A stretch of DNA of 64,000 nucleotides, taken from NCBI RefSeq assembly GCF_000143415.4, contig NW_003314266.1, positions 1,448,463 through 1,512,462 of the forward strand. Reading direction: 5' to 3'. This DNA comes from Selaginella moellendorffii. Lineage: Eukaryota; Plantae; Lycopodiophyta. Below the pieces are notes generated by a model that saw only the letters and a list, made by a program, of their open reading frames with translations, was not told the DNA's origin and searched no databases. The position numbers and the translations under genes were made by a program. Of this stretch, positions 62,801 to 64,000 are shown one piece after another; within the stretch, counting starts at the first letter, position 1; each line of letters begins with the position of its first letter.

Positions 62801-63800
62801 GCAGAGATTAGTGTTTGTGATTGGAAGGCAAGCAAGAGAGGTAAGAAACGCTCATCATATCTCGAGATCCAGATCACAGGACACACCAGTAAGTATTTTT
62901 TAAGATGTTAAGATAACTTAATTTTCTTGATGGATAGTTGCATTGAAGTTGCATGTGTTCACTGCAATCAAAGAAATAAAAACATTGAGAAAACAATGAA
63001 ATCAAAATACACTCTTTCTGAGTCAAAAGTAAATTTTTTTCTCACACACCATTTTGGTAATTTCTCTAGGTTTGTTGCTTATAACATTGGTTATGCTGGA
63101 TGTAAGCTGTGTCGAGTTTGTAGTAGCTACTTTGCTGTGAGAAAATCGTGTCAAGATAGGAACCATGCAAGGTTTTTGAGAGTTTATATCTAAAGTGTTT
63201 ATGCTTGTAGACGAGTTTTATCATTGCTTGAACACTAAATAGTAACTTGCTAAGTGTTATGTTTCACTCTCTCTACTAAAGCTCTGTCTTGGCTATATAA
63301 GTAATGGATCAGTTTTGTGGAAGCAAAGATAACTCAAGAGATCCCAAGCATTTGCATGGGAAGGAAAAAATACACCTCAAAGGTATATGCTAATGGATAG
63401 ATACTAATTACAAAACCATCCAGAATTTGCTAGAGGAATTTTTAACCATGTCCTGGCATTTGCTAACCAAGAGGAACTAGAATGATATGAGCTATCAATT
63501 CTCTAGCTTGACACATCCAAAACGACAAGCTATGCTTTGAAATTTTGAGAAGGCTCAACTACATGGAGTAAAGAAAACTTGAAGGGGCAGGAAGCAAGTT
63601 TTGGAAATTTAGAGAGGAAGAGAGATTCAACCTGGAAGAGGTGTTAAACCTTAGACTTTGTCAACAGCCTAATTTTAAGCCTTTTTGTTAATAAAGTTTA
63701 CTCAATTATAGGTTGCAATGCTTGAAGTTACACGATGGAATATACCCCGCGCCCTTAGGTAGCTAGGGTTAGCGAACAAGGACGGAGGTTTATCATTTAG

Positions 63801-64000
63801 ATGAAGCGCGTGTTTGTGGACTTGGACGACACTCTTGTCTTCTACAACGAACACGGCCGATTCCAAGTCGATGGGGACACAGAAGGTCCGTACGAGCTTG
63901 CTCATGCAGCTAAAGAGTTTCTACTGGCGCTGAGAGCCATCCCAGAGGTGGAGCTGGCCTTCTTCAGCGGTGGGCCGAGCCACAGGAACGTCGGGCTGGT
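63801..64000 (+). CDS. HAD-superfamily (DxDxT, FCP1/NIF-like) phosphatase, truncated by the window end
   Basis: Manual translation: MKRVFVDLDDTLVFYNEHGRFQVDGDTEGPYELAHAAKEFLLALRAIPEVELAFFSGGPSHRNVGL. Motif I is hhhDLDDTL and motif II is hhFSG. The frame stays open to the window end. Confidence 0.65.
   Translation, partial: MKRVFVDLDDTLVFYNEHGRFQVDGDTEGPYELAHAAKEFLLALRAIPEVELAFFSGGPSHRNVGL

Noticed and set aside
60050-63700. Short ORFs in the AT-rich terminal region (e.g. 62334-62528)
   Set aside because: No recognisable domains or termini; probably decayed repeats.
63784-63788. GGAGG as a Shine-Dalgarno site before the HAD ORF
   Set aside because: A 5-mer at 12-nt spacing arises easily by chance, and the adjacent TTTAG could equally be a splice acceptor.

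Overview
Eukaryotic land-plant genomic DNA. The very compact genes, mostly 45-60 nt introns, PLS-type PPR debris and divergent angiosperm-like proteins suggest a lycophyte such as Selaginella (inference only). The first ~26 kb is decayed, TE-rich accessory sequence. It holds an NB-ARC-LRR pseudogene, a frameshifted IFRD gene with a partial tandem copy, a heavily deleted TWD40-2 pseudogene bracketed by inverted LEA-like fragments, and PPR remnants. Its transposons are a young internally deleted Copia with identical non-canonical TA...TA 127-bp LTRs, a chromovirus fragment, three TRIM-type mini LTR elements and a decayed ~10.3-kb Ty3/gypsy. From ~28.5 to 58.4 kb the window is gene-dense: peroxisomal LACS, PTEN2, DOMON-cytochrome b561, erlin, group IIb WRKY, MAG2/RINT1, DUF155/RRG-like, BAT1-like permease, methionine gamma-lyase, a C2/Pro-Gly-rich protein and a small conserved plant protein. 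The most striking unexplained feature is a pair of distant, very AT-rich paralogues with no visible introns (26747-27477 and 44280-45158). Each encodes a signal peptide, a divergent unrecognised N-terminal domain, a shared CxIxxSxLxSG linker and a C-terminal bulb-type (GNA/B) lectin, and each sits in an AT-rich island next to a duplicated fragment of a neighbouring gene. A HAD-phosphatase ORF missing from the ORF track runs off the right end. Family calls are from recalled motifs; no searches were run. Assembly gaps lie at 26950-27049 and 28643-29042.
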